Shown in pieces: positions 1-9,865 of a DNA stretch of 37,873 nucleotides (positions within the stretch are counted from its first letter, which is position 1; every line of letters begins with the position of its first letter). The position numbers were made by a program, and so were the translations under genes. The notes below the pieces were generated by a model that worked only from the letters and a program-made list of their open reading frames with translations, was not told where the DNA came from and did no database searches. The stretch is from Elainellaceae cyanobacterium (lineage in GTDB: Bacteria; Cyanobacteriota; Cyanobacteriia; CAZCXK01), in assembly GCA_051117555.1 (NCBI GenBank), contig JBNPEG010000113.1:1-37873 (forward strand). The letters are read 5' to 3'.

Positions 1-127
1 ACCGTTGCATTTGAGCTTCAATGGGAGCAGGGTAGGGGCGCATTGGTTTTCCGGCTCATCGTCTACTTCTCTAGCTTACAGATGCAGAAGGTGGAATTAC
101 AGCTTATTTAATCCACGATCCTTAGCA

Positions 128-1210
128 TCATGAATTGGCTCCTGCTGATTCAAGGTGCCCTCGACGACTGGTAATCCGCTTCAAGACTTGATGCTCAACG
201 GCGAGGCTAATGGCAATAAATAGAACCGTTAATCCTTGAATGGCATACACAATCGTAAACGGAATTTCGGCTTCGCGCTGCAACACATTGGCGCCACTCC
301 GCAATGCCCCGAAAAAAAGCGAGGTTAGCACAACCCCGGTGAAACTACCTCGACTCAAAAGGGCGATCGCCACGGCTTCATAGCCATATCCGGGAGAAAT
401 CACTTCAAACAGTCGGTGTTTGATACCCATGACTTCTGAGGCTCCCGCTAACCCGGCCAATCCACCGGCGATCGCCATCACCAGCATGATAATTTTGCTG
501 ACTGAAATCCCCGCATATCGAGCCGCCACCGGATTTTGTCCGACCATTTCGATTTGATAGCCCAACGCCGATCGACGAAAGATGATGCCCAAAATCGCCG
601 TGGCAATCAAGCCGACAAAGATTCCGGCATGGGCGGCTCCGCCTTGAACGAGGAGCGGCAGCTTGGCCGACTCATCAATGATGGGAGTAAACGGATTCGA
701 GGCTCCCGGCTCAATCATGGGGTGCTGCACCAAATAACTGACAATATTCAGCGCAATGTAGTTGAGCAGTAGCGTGGTGATCACCTCATTCACGCCCCGG
801 ATGGCCTTGAGATAGCCGGGAATGCCGCCCCAGACTGCCCCCAACAGAAATCCACCGAGCAATGCCAGAGGGATATGAATCCACGCGGGCAGACCATGCA
901 CATACAGCCCAATGATGGCAGCCCCCAGTCCCCCCATGTGGATTTGTCCTTCACCGCCGATGTTGAGCAGACCCGCTCGCAGCGCCACCAACACGCCAGA
1001 TGCCGCTAGCAGCAACGGCGTCACCTTCGTTAGGGTATTGCCGATGCCGTAGCCGTCTAGCAAGGACTCGCGGAACAAAATGGCATAGGCATGGATAGGA
1101 TTGGCTCCGGTTAATGCAATCAGCACGCCACCCACCAGCAAGGCAATGGCGATCGCCACGAGAGGCGAAAGAATTGGTAACCAAGGATAGGAGGGTTGAG
1201 TTGATTTCAC
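128..1210 (-). CDS. ABC transporter permease (BMP/nucleoside-type, BPD_transp_2)
   Basis: 360 aa multi-TM protein with GLLNIGGEGQ, GVNEVITTLLLNY and GQNPVAARYAGIS motifs; follows the ATPase and BMP genes. Confidence 0.9.
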   Translation of the reverse strand: MKSTQPSYPWLPILSPLVAIAIALLVGGVLIALTGANPIHAYAILFRESLLDGYGIGNTLTKVTPLLLAASGVLVALRAGLLNIGGEGQIHMGGLGAAIIGLYVHGLPAWIHIPLALLGGFLLGAVWGGIPGYLKAIRGVNEVITTLLLNYIALNIVSYLVQHPMIEPGASNPFTPIIDESAKLPLLVQGGAAHAGIFVGLIATAILGIIFRRSALGYQIEMVGQNPVAARYAGISVSKIIMLVMAIAGGLAGLAGASEVMGIKHRLFEVISPGYGYEAVAIALLSRGSFTGVVLTSLFFGALRSGANVLQREAEIPFTIVYAIQGLTVLFIAISLAVEHQVLKRITSRRGHLESAGANS

Positions 1211-1218
1211 AGTACGCC

Positions 1219-2769
1219 TTATTCGGTTACAGTCACAGATGCTGGGACAGAGGAGAAAGTCTCGTCTACGTCTGGATGTCCGGTCATGAGCAGCCCAATT
1301 TCATCAATTGTCGCAGTTGCAGCATCGACGATATCGACGAAGCGCCCCCGATACATCACCGCGATGCGATCGCTCATCGTCATCACCTCATCCAGTTCGG
1401 TCGAAATGTACAAAATCGCCGCGCCTCGCTGCCGTTCTGCCAGGAGCTGCTGCTGCACATACTCGGTTGCGCCTACATCCAATCCCCGGCAGGGCTGCAT
1501 GGCGATGATCACCTTGGGGTGCCCCGACAGTTCTCGTGCCAGCACGACCTTTTGTTGATTGCCACCCGACAACTGACTCACCTTCAGTTGCTCACTGCCC
1601 GCCCGAATATCAAACTGCGTAATGGCTTGCTCCGCGTGGGTGTTGATTACGGGAAAGCGCAGCAGCCCATATCGACAAAAGGGCAAGCGTCGAAACGCTT
1701 TGAGAATGAGGTTGCGAGCGATGCTAAAGTTCATCACTAGCCCCATCTTTTGCCGATCTTCTGGGATGTAACCCACCTGGAGACGCTTGACCCGCTGCTG
1801 CACTGACCAATGGGTGATGTCGAGTCCGTCGAGGTGAATCGTTCCGTGGTGGGCAGGACGTAACCCGGCGATCGCATCTGCCAGTTCTCGTTGCCCATTG
1901 CCATCTACTCCAGCAATGCCCAAAATCTCGCCCGCCCGCAGTTGAAAGGAGATATCTTGAACTGCCATCAAGTGTCGGTCATCCTTGACTTGGAGATGAT
2001 TGACATTCAGTACTGCTGCTCCCAAGTTAGGGGGAGGCTTTTGTATATCAAAGAGAACATCACGACCGACCATCAGCGTTGCCAGCGCTGCTTTAGAAAT
2101 CGACTGAGTCTGGACTGTTTCCACCACCTGCCCTCGACGCAAGATGGTAATTCGGTGGCACAGGTTGAGCAATTCATCCAGCTTATGACTGATAAACAGG
2201 ATGGTATGCCCAGCCGATGCGAGCTGCCGCAAGATGACAAACAACGACTCCACTTCTAGCGGCGTTAAAACCGCCGTCGGTTCATCCAGAATCAAAATTC
2301 GGGCACCCCGATACAGCACTTTGAGAATTTCGACGCGCTGCTGCATACCGACGGGTAATGTCCCAACTTTGGCAGTCGGGTCAACCTGGAGATGATAGCG
2401 ATGCGACATCGCCTCAATCTGCTCAATCTTCTGACGCAGACTGAGATTGAGACTGAAATCGGTTCCCAAAATAATGTTTTCAGTCACCGAGAGCTGCGGC
2501 ACCAGCATAAAGTGCTGGTGAATCATGCCAATGCCGTGCTGGATGGCCGTGTTCACCGAAGTAAAGCGAACGGGGTTGCCCTCCAGATAAATCGTGCCTG
2601 CGTCCGGCTGATAGAGCCCTGACAAGATATTCATCAGGGTGGTTTTACCCGCTCCGTTTTCACCCAAGATTGCGTGGATTTCTCCAGCCTGAATCTCTAG
2701 GTTGATATGGTCGTTCGCCACAAACGAACCGAACCGCTTGGTGATTCCTTCAAGGCGGAGGTAGACCAT
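1219..2769 (-). CDS. ABC transporter ATP-binding protein, two NBDs (nucleoside/sugar type)
   Basis: Walker A GENGAGKTT, LILDEPT, second-domain LSGGNQQK; ATG at 2769 (MVYLRLEG) preferred over 2820, which overlaps the upstream gene. Confidence 0.92.
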   Translation of the reverse strand: MVYLRLEGITKRFGSFVANDHINLEIQAGEIHAILGENGAGKTTLMNILSGLYQPDAGTIYLEGNPVRFTSVNTAIQHGIGMIHQHFMLVPQLSVTENIILGTDFSLNLSLRQKIEQIEAMSHRYHLQVDPTAKVGTLPVGMQQRVEILKVLYRGARILILDEPTAVLTPLEVESLFVILRQLASAGHTILFISHKLDELLNLCHRITILRRGQVVETVQTQSISKAALATLMVGRDVLFDIQKPPPNLGAAVLNVNHLQVKDDRHLMAVQDISFQLRAGEILGIAGVDGNGQRELADAIAGLRPAHHGTIHLDGLDITHWSVQQRVKRLQVGYIPEDRQKMGLVMNFSIARNLILKAFRRLPFCRYGLLRFPVINTHAEQAITQFDIRAGSEQLKVSQLSGGNQQKVVLARELSGHPKVIIAMQPCRGLDVGATEYVQQQLLAERQRGAAILYISTELDEVMTMSDRIAVMYRGRFVDIVDAATATIDEIGLLMTGHPDVDETFSSVPASVTVTE

Positions 2770-2803
2770 CGAGTCATCCTGATGTGAGTTCAAGTTCTGT
2801 GGG

Positions 2804-3883
2804 TTATGCGGCAGCACCATCCTGAATACACCAGCTCTCAGCTCCGTCTACTTGACAGTCTTCAAACACCAGATCGCCCGCTTGGAGTTGTTCTTCAACA
2901 TCCCCAACGGTTTGTTGAACCTCAGATGGAATGGCCTCGCCAAACCGACCCACGTGAAGTACGTCTGAATTTTCGGCACCAACGACGTAGTTCTTAGGTT
3001 CCAAGTTTCCATTCTGAGCGATTTCAACTACGCTGGCGATCGCCATTCCGACATTTTGAACAACACTTGTAATGATATGGTCAGGGGCGGTATCGAGGCG
3101 ATCGCTCGTGTGGCCAATCAAATATACGCCTTTTTCTTTCACTGCTTCTAACGACCCCACATAGGCACTATCCAGATAGGAATACACCACATCTGCCCCG
3201 GCTGAAATTAACGCAGCAGTAGCTTCCTTCCCTTTAGCGACATCGTCCCAATCTCCGGTATAGCTGGCAGCCACTTCTGCTGCCGGGTTCGCTGCTTTGG
3301 CTCCCAGTTCGAACCCTCGCAGGAGCTGATCCATCGCCTTAAACTGTTTGGCAACCACAAAGGCGATCTTGTTTGACTCGGTGACGAGCCCTGCCGCTGT
3401 GCCTGCCAGATACCCCGCCTGCAAGTTATTGGTTTGTACCGACGAGATGTTTGGGCTTGAGATATTGCCGTTGGTCACTAGAAACTGGGTATCGGGAAAC
3501 TGCCCCGCCACCTGCTGAGCTGAACCGACAAAATCTCCACTATGTCCCAATACCAAATCAAAGCCTTGGCGAGCAAATTCTGATAGGGCTTCTGCATGAT
3601 CGGGCACGGGAATTTGTTCGACGTACGAAAATTCAAACCCGAGTCTATCCTTGGCTGCATTCAATCCTTCATAGGCAGACTGGTTCCAGCCACCGTCGGT
3701 CACCACTCCTGAAAAAACAGCCGCAACCCTATACGGTGTACTTTCAGGATCACCACTTGCAGCTTCGCCGTCTGTGTCAGGTGACGAAGATTGGCCTGTT
3801 GTGCAGGCTTTTAAGAACAAGCTTGTTCCTAACGCTGCCGAACTATAGACAATGAACTTACGGCGGTTAAACATCATAGCCAT
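2804..3883 (-). CDS. BMP-family ABC substrate-binding lipoprotein (Tat signal)
   Basis: N-terminal RRKF twin-arginine motif and LKAC lipobox; DGGWNQSAYEG, GYLAG and YTGDWDDVAKGKE BMP motifs. Confidence 0.9.
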   Translation of the reverse strand: MAMMFNRRKFIVYSSAALGTSLFLKACTTGQSSSPDTDGEAASGDPESTPYRVAAVFSGVVTDGGWNQSAYEGLNAAKDRLGFEFSYVEQIPVPDHAEALSEFARQGFDLVLGHSGDFVGSAQQVAGQFPDTQFLVTNGNISSPNISSVQTNNLQAGYLAGTAAGLVTESNKIAFVVAKQFKAMDQLLRGFELGAKAANPAAEVAASYTGDWDDVAKGKEATAALISAGADVVYSYLDSAYVGSLEAVKEKGVYLIGHTSDRLDTAPDHIITSVVQNVGMAIASVVEIAQNGNLEPKNYVVGAENSDVLHVGRFGEAIPSEVQQTVGDVEEQLQAGDLVFEDCQVDGAESWCIQDGAAA

Positions 3884-3932
3884 ACACTATCCTTTTTCAA
3901 CACAACGCTTACATGAGTAGCTCTCTCAACAT

Positions 3933-4991
3933 TCAAGCCTGTTGAACGAACTGAAAAGGCAAATTTAAGTCACTTAGCGGCTCTCGCAAAACCAAGAAAG
4001 AAACGCCCACTCCACCCACAAACTCATCCAATGCTAGCCCTGAGTCGGTATCAATCACGCGACCTTGTCCACCAAACAGGCGAGCAATCCGAAACGTGTG
4101 ATAATTCGCCACTAATCGATCTAACGTAATATGCTGACGGCATCCCGCCGGATAGAGCTCTGCATCAAGCTGCGGCAGTAGATACCAGGGGCAATGAATC
4201 ACGCGATGATGGGCATTGTGATATCCAAAATTGAGAAGTAAAAGGTTGAGCCACGACCATCGATAGGACACCAGGTTGGAATAGGTGTTTGCTTCTTCAT
4301 ACTCTAGGCTGTATTGAGGTAAGTCTTGCCCAAGCCGAAACACCGAATACGTATGTTGAAAACAATCGACAAACCTTAAGATATTGATGAAGCAGATATA
4401 GGCAAACGCATACAGGGCGATCGCCCGCAGCGAATACCATCCCAATAGCACAAATAAACTTATTCTAATTAGCAGCAAGGTCGCATTTCGCAGCCGTTCA
4501 TTGCGCCGAGATTGCCCCAAAAACGGAGAAATCATGCAAATCCAACGGAGAATAAGATTGACGGCTGGAAAGTACAACCACTCCAATCCAACAACTAGCT
4601 GAAACAGGGGCTTAGGTAGCGATCTTAAAAAATCAGGAATTGAGAATGCTGAAAAATCAGCCCGGTTTTTATGATGAGCCAAATGATTGCGAGCTAAATC
4701 TTGAAATCGACAATAACACGAGCCCGTTAAAAACAACAGACTATTGCCGACCCATATATTGATTTTAGGATGCCAAAAAGTTGTACCATGAACCAGTTCA
4801 TGGACAAAATATGCTGCCCACATCAACGTATGGATCAGCAGAGTAACACCCACTGCATTGATAGCTAAATTATTAGCACTCACACAGGCTATCGAAAAAA
4901 TATAACCAATTAGCACATACAGCAATGAAACCGCATTAATCCAGCTATACTGACTCACCTTAGACTTCAATTCAGAAGAGAGAACGCCCAT
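3933..4991 (-). CDS. Membrane di-iron fatty acid desaturase-family protein
   Basis: Three His boxes HELVH, HLAHH, HNAHH plus hydrophobic segments; ATG at 4991 (ORF track uses TTG 5003). Confidence 0.85.
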   Translation of the reverse strand: MGVLSSELKSKVSQYSWINAVSLLYVLIGYIFSIACVSANNLAINAVGVTLLIHTLMWAAYFVHELVHGTTFWHPKINIWVGNSLLFLTGSCYCRFQDLARNHLAHHKNRADFSAFSIPDFLRSLPKPLFQLVVGLEWLYFPAVNLILRWICMISPFLGQSRRNERLRNATLLLIRISLFVLLGWYSLRAIALYAFAYICFINILRFVDCFQHTYSVFRLGQDLPQYSLEYEEANTYSNLVSYRWSWLNLLLLNFGYHNAHHRVIHCPWYLLPQLDAELYPAGCRQHITLDRLVANYHTFRIARLFGGQGRVIDTDSGLALDEFVGGVGVSFLVLREPLSDLNLPFQFVQQA

Positions 4992-5184
4992 TGAAAACTC
5001 CAATTGAAAACTCCAGAGGATAGAGCATCCCGATCATAACTGCGACGGGTGGATCAATTAATATAGTTAAATTAATGAATTCATAATTACTAAACTGTTT
5101 TCTTTAATACAAACGCGATTCGCGAACTAATAATTACTAAAATATGAAGCCTCAAGATTTAAGTCTACGAATTCATAAAATGAT

Positions 5185-5664
5185 ATGACTGATTCTGATT
5201 CTACTCCCAATATCAGCGTTAGCCTAGACAAAACCGATCAACACATTATCGACTTGCTGCGTATCGACGGACGAATGTCCTTCACCGAAATTGGGAAACG
5301 ACTAAGTCTCCCTGAAGCAACGGCGCGCTATCGAGTTCAACGCTTGATCCAGTCAAAAGTTATTCAAATTCTGGCCTGGCCCAATCCTGAAAAGCTAGGA
5401 ACTCCTCACGTCATGCTAGTGCGGCTAACGGTTGAGAATGACTATATCGATAATGCGGCAACTACGTTAGAAGCGATGCCAGAGGTTCGGTTCGTTGCAA
5501 TTACGACCGGAAGATGTGATATCGTCATCGACGTGTTTTTCGGCAGTTATACCGAAGTGACAGCCTTCTTTAAGAAGTTGCGACAGATTCCCGGAATCAT
5601 TCATCACGATTCCCACTTCATTCTCAAACTGCTAAAAGCCGAATATAAGTACACCCTTTCTTAG
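5185..5664 (+). CDS. Lrp/AsnC family transcriptional regulator
   Basis: LDKTDQHIIDLLRIDGRMSFTEIGKRLSL HTH and C-terminal RAM domain (TTGRCD); divergent from the desaturase-ABC operon. Confidence 0.92.
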   Translation: MTDSDSTPNISVSLDKTDQHIIDLLRIDGRMSFTEIGKRLSLPEATARYRVQRLIQSKVIQILAWPNPEKLGTPHVMLVRLTVENDYIDNAATTLEAMPEVRFVAITTGRCDIVIDVFFGSYTEVTAFFKKLRQIPGIIHHDSHFILKLLKAEYKYTLS

Positions 5665-5947
5665 AATCGCTGAATTTTGGCTACACCACTCCTAATAGCC
5701 TCGGTGATACCCTCTGTAGACTTCATCCACTAGGTATACCCCCGTTCTTTGATGGGTGTTCAATGCCCCCTACCCCTAATTTTAAGGAAATTTTAAGGAA
5801 CAATAAAAATTCAACTTCAGGAAACCGGAAATGCTTGAGGCTTATTTCATCAAATTATGATTTCGTAAGGTCTATCCGTTTGAAAGATGACAATCTCATG
5901 AGAATCGTGAAATTCTAGACCCAAGCCGTTAGTAGCAGGACGCCATC

Positions 5948-6883
5948 ATGATTATTCCACCCGGATTTGACCAACGCTCTGTCCAAACGAGCTTGGGCAG
6001 CATGGTGTATTACACGAATGGATCGGCTCCGTGGGATGGAGCAGAGTCTCAGTCAAACGATTCAATCGTGTTTTTCCACGGGTTTGGAGGCGGTTCGTCA
6101 GCGTATGAATGGTCAAAAGTATTCCCCGCATTTGCGCCCGATTATCGGATCATTGCGCCTGACCTGATTGGCTGGGGGCGATCGGCTCATCCCCAGCGCA
6201 ACTATACTATTGATGATTATGTCACTATCATTCTGGAGTTTTTAGAGCAGACCTGCGATCGCCCAGTGCCCGTCGTTGCATCTGCATTGACCGCTGCTTT
6301 TATGATTCGTGCGGCGATCGCCCGTCCTGAGCAATTTCGCTATCTCATTCTCACCACCGCATCTGGATTGAATGAGATGGGCAAGGATTACCAAGAAAAT
6401 TTCTTTACCAAAGTTGCTGCGACTCCGATCATCGACCGTCTGATTTACAGCACCGGAGTTGCCACAAGCTTTGGAATTCGTAGCTTTTTAGAACAGCGCC
6501 AATTTGCCAAATCTGAGCGGGTTTATGAGGAAATCGTCGACGCCTATCTCAAGTCAGCCCAGCAGCCCAATGCCGAATATGCGGCGCTCTCGTTTGTCCG
6601 GGGTGATTTGTGCTTTGACCTCACTGAGTCGATCGGTGCGCTGACCACGCCAACTGCCATCATCTGGGGGCAAAAGTCAGAATATACCGGGCCTGAAGTC
6701 GGTCGTCGTCTAGCTGAAATGAATCCCATCGCAGTGCGCATATTTCATCAATTTGATGATGTCGGGTTTACGCCTCACCTAGAACTACCTGGAGTCACCA
6801 TTGGGCTACTGCGTAAGTTTATGCCCGTCTTAGAGCAAGCCTATCAAGAAACGCTACCGACGACGCCAGCATCGATCGGGTAA
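5948..6883 (+). CDS. Alpha/beta fold hydrolase (conserved cyanobacterial type)
   Basis: FFHGFGGG, APDLIGWGRS, VASALT nucleophile elbow, late PHLE His. Confidence 0.85.
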   Translation: MIIPPGFDQRSVQTSLGSMVYYTNGSAPWDGAESQSNDSIVFFHGFGGGSSAYEWSKVFPAFAPDYRIIAPDLIGWGRSAHPQRNYTIDDYVTIILEFLEQTCDRPVPVVASALTAAFMIRAAIARPEQFRYLILTTASGLNEMGKDYQENFFTKVAATPIIDRLIYSTGVATSFGIRSFLEQRQFAKSERVYEEIVDAYLKSAQQPNAEYAALSFVRGDLCFDLTESIGALTTPTAIIWGQKSEYTGPEVGRRLAEMNPIAVRIFHQFDDVGFTPHLELPGVTIGLLRKFMPVLEQAYQETLPTTPASIG

Positions 6884-6885
6884 TA

Positions 6886-6900
6886 TAGCGATCCTAAATC
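6886..6900 (+). repeat. Left-end fragment of the TAGCGATCCTAAATC miniature repeat family
   Basis: 15/15 identical to 14056-14070. Confidence 0.55.
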
Positions 6901-7034
6901 CCGTGCTGAACGTGGTATAGATGGGATACGCTTTTTAGCAAGCAGTTGATAATATGGCAAGAACGCACGCCGTATGCGCGATGCGTTCTGGTATCAGATA
7001 TGTCCCGGTATCGATCGTTATTACGCAAACTATT

Positions 7035-8549
7035 ATGGCAGATGCGCTTCTTATTCGAGGTAGATGGGTCTTTACGGGTGAAGCAATCCTGAGCGATGGG
7101 GCGATCGCCATACGCAATGACACCATTCAAGACGTAGGATCATGGACATCCCTGCGTGCCAACTATCCTGATGCGGAGGTATTAGGGTCTGAGCAGTTTG
7201 CCATCATGCCGGGACTGATCAACGCTCACCATCACAGCAATGGTGTCCCCAACTCCTTGCAAGGCATCGAAGATGATTTTTTGGAACTGTGGCTGTTTGC
7301 AAACATTGGGTTGCGATCGCAAGATCCCACCCTCAAAACACTGCTCAGCATTGCTCAACTGCTGCAAAGTGGCGTAACAACAGTAGTCGATGTGGCGAGT
7401 GTATCCGGTGACGTGGATGCGTGTTGGAGCAATCTAAACGGGCGGCTACAGGCTTACGAACAGGCTGGAATGCGAGTTGCCTTGACACCGGGTGCAAGCT
7501 ATGAAAGTTTTTTGGTGCATGGAGACGATAATGCATTTCTATCTAGCTTGCCGAGTGAGTTGCGTCAGCGACTGCAAACGCTGATGCCGCTAAAGCAGGC
7601 GCTGGCGAAGGACGAGTATCTAGATTTAATCACCGATTTAGTCAATCGCTACCAAAGCCATCCTCATATTGATATCTGGTTTGGGCCACCCGGCCCTCAG
7701 TGGGTGGGTGACGATCTGCTGATAAAGATTGTGGACGCTGCCGATCGCTTGAATACACGGGTTCAAACCCATGCCGTCGAGTCTTTCTATGAAAAGCTCA
7801 TCGGTCCCCGCTATTATGGCAAATCTGTGGTCGCTCATCTGAGCGATCTAGGAGTGCTCAGTCCCCGATTTTCCATTGCCCATGGCGTCTGGTTAACTGA
7901 ATCCGATATTGAAATATTGGCAGAAACGGGAGCAGGCGTCAGCCACAACCCCAGCTCTAATTTGAGACTGCGGGCGGGCGTTGCACCTCTCAACGCTATG
8001 CTTTCAGGGGGGGTAACCGTGGGCCTGGGCATGGATGGTACGACCTTGGGAGACGATGAAGATATGTTTGCCGAAATGCGGCTGGCAGCGCGGCTACACC
8101 GGACTCCCCAGATTGATACCCCTGCCCCGAGCTATGAGGATATCTTTCATCTGGCAACCACAGGAGGTGCTACGCTCATGGGGAAGCAGCGAATCGGGAA
8201 ACTAGCACCGGGCTATCAGGCGGATGTGGTGCTCGTCAAGTGCGATCGCATCACCTATCCGTGGATAGCGCCTGAGGCACATCCACTCCATGTCATGCTG
8301 ATGCGTGCAAAAGCCTCTGATGTAGATACGGTATTAGTCAATGGCAAGGTGGTACTACAATCTGGAATGCCCACCGGGTTTGACTTGCATGCAGTAGGGA
8401 AAGAAATCGCTGAGCAACTGAGTGCTGCCTCTGACCCGACCGAGTATCGTGCCTTAGCAGCGGACGTGATCCCCCATTTAACTCAATGGTATTCTCAGTG
8501 GGACGTACCGAATCTATCTCCCTATGCGGCTTTCAACTCCCGCGTGTAG
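7035..8549 (+). CDS. Metal-dependent amidohydrolase, deaminase/chlorohydrolase (MTA/SAH-deaminase, AtzA/TriA-like) family
   Basis: PGLINAHHH, THAVE (HxxE), HGVW, HNPSSN, GLGMDG and GKLAPGYQADVV motifs; start at MADALLIRG preferred. Confidence 0.85.
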   Translation: MADALLIRGRWVFTGEAILSDGAIAIRNDTIQDVGSWTSLRANYPDAEVLGSEQFAIMPGLINAHHHSNGVPNSLQGIEDDFLELWLFANIGLRSQDPTLKTLLSIAQLLQSGVTTVVDVASVSGDVDACWSNLNGRLQAYEQAGMRVALTPGASYESFLVHGDDNAFLSSLPSELRQRLQTLMPLKQALAKDEYLDLITDLVNRYQSHPHIDIWFGPPGPQWVGDDLLIKIVDAADRLNTRVQTHAVESFYEKLIGPRYYGKSVVAHLSDLGVLSPRFSIAHGVWLTESDIEILAETGAGVSHNPSSNLRLRAGVAPLNAMLSGGVTVGLGMDGTTLGDDEDMFAEMRLAARLHRTPQIDTPAPSYEDIFHLATTGGATLMGKQRIGKLAPGYQADVVLVKCDRITYPWIAPEAHPLHVMLMRAKASDVDTVLVNGKVVLQSGMPTGFDLHAVGKEIAEQLSAASDPTEYRALAADVIPHLTQWYSQWDVPNLSPYAAFNSRV

Positions 8550-8562
8550 ACTCGTGAGTGCT

Positions 8563-8655
8563 TATAGCCCCACGGGCTCAGATTTGTACGTAGAACCCGC
8601 GCGCCGCAAGGATTCTACGTATGTTTGACGTCCTAACGCGAGAGCGCAAGGCTAT
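8563..8655 (+). repeat. ~90-nt structured dispersed repeat, copy A (MITE/SDR-like, TAGCC...GGCTA ends)
   Basis: Aligns over its full length with 9866-9955; three internal hairpins. Confidence 0.8.
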
Positions 8656-8711
8656 CCGAAAACTCGCTAACGTTTTTGGAAATCCCACCCCCTGACGGGG
8701 TTTTCGGATAG
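8652..8711. repeat. 60-bp element with 12-bp perfect terminal inverted repeats (mini-MITE or bidirectional terminator)
   Basis: CTATCCGAAAAC ... GTTTTCGGATAG between convergent genes. Confidence 0.6.
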
Positions 8712-8720
8712 ATTTTTTAA

Positions 8721-9782
8721 TCAGGTGAGGGCTGCAACCGATACTTGAGCGGCAATATTGGAGGCTAAATCATGCAGCGCTTTTGCCGACACTGAATCAG
8801 GATGTGAAATCAAAATGGGCAAGCCGCGATCGCCTGCTTCTCTTAGCGCAATCTCTAATGGAATGCAGCCCAGCAAGGGGGCGTCTAATTCTCGAGATAC
8901 TTTTTTGCCGCCACCTGATCCAAAGATGTCATAGCTGATATGGGGGTGTTCGGGTGGCACAAAATAGCTCATATTCTCAACAATCCCGAGGATTCTGACC
9001 CCCATTTGCTCAAACATCTTCAGCCCACGACGTGCATCCAGCAGAGAGACGTCTTGAGGGGTGGTGACGATGACTGCTCCTGCCAGCGGAACGGCTTGCG
9101 ATAACGTAAGCTGAGCATCCCCCGTGCCGGGTGGCATATCTACAATCAGATAATCCAATTTCCCCCATTCCACTTGATAGAGAAACTGACGAATCACACC
9201 GTTTAGCATGGGGCCTCGCCAAATAACAGGTTCATCAAAGCCGATAAAGAAGGCCATCGAGACCAACTTCACACCATAGTTCTCGGCGGGTTTGATTTCT
9301 TGGTTTTTGATTCCAGGTTGTAAAATCAATTTGGCATCTTCGAGTCCTAGCATTTTGTGGGTATTGGGGCCATAAATGTCAGCGTCAAGCAATCCAACAT
9401 TGGCACCAGCCTGGGCGAGAGCGATCGCCACATTAACTGCAATAGAGCTTTTACCCACACCTCCTTTGCCGCTTGAGACTGCCAAAATATTCTTGATGCC
9501 CTGAATAGATTGCCGATCTGAGGACGTTTTTTGTTGAGGAATTTCGGCAGTCACTTCGATGTGGACGTCTTTTACGTCAGGAAGCCTCTTGACAGCACGC
9601 TGACAGTCTTCAATGATGGTATTTCGTAGAGGGCATGATACTGTCGTCAAGACTAAAATGAAGCTTACCTGACCATCTTTGATCCGAACATTGCGAATCA
9701 TGTTTAAGTCAACTAAACTCTTTTGAAGTTCAGGATCTTGCACAGGGCGCAACGCGTCTAAGATTGATTTAATTTTCATCAT
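8721..9782 (-). CDS. mrp: Mrp/NBP35 (ApbC) Fe-S cluster carrier ATPase with N-terminal DUF59/SUF domain
   Basis: VQDPEL...LTTVSCPL, SSGKGGVGKS, DADIYGP, WRGPM, DMPPGTGD, ENMSYF motifs; ATG at 9782 or 9779. Confidence 0.92.
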   Translation of the reverse strand: MMKIKSILDALRPVQDPELQKSLVDLNMIRNVRIKDGQVSFILVLTTVSCPLRNTIIEDCQRAVKRLPDVKDVHIEVTAEIPQQKTSSDRQSIQGIKNILAVSSGKGGVGKSSIAVNVAIALAQAGANVGLLDADIYGPNTHKMLGLEDAKLILQPGIKNQEIKPAENYGVKLVSMAFFIGFDEPVIWRGPMLNGVIRQFLYQVEWGKLDYLIVDMPPGTGDAQLTLSQAVPLAGAVIVTTPQDVSLLDARRGLKMFEQMGVRILGIVENMSYFVPPEHPHISYDIFGSGGGKKVSRELDAPLLGCIPLEIALREAGDRGLPILISHPDSVSAKALHDLASNIAAQVSVAALT

Positions 9783-9865
9783 AATAAAAGAGGGTTCCCT
9801 GCCCAAAAACGACGGGACTACCTGAATTTGTAATGGGTGAATCTGGCATCAAGCTTGTCTGGAGA

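Noticed and set aside
1114..2622. Long antisense ORFs (e.g. 1114-1740, 1891-2259) and similar shadow ORFs across the nif genes
   Set aside because: Opposite-strand shadows of well-supported genes with no protein motifs
5778..5800. 11-bp tandem duplication AATTTTAAGGA x2 (also CCCGCTCTGTT x2 near 25519)
   Set aside because: Two-copy micro-duplications with no further support
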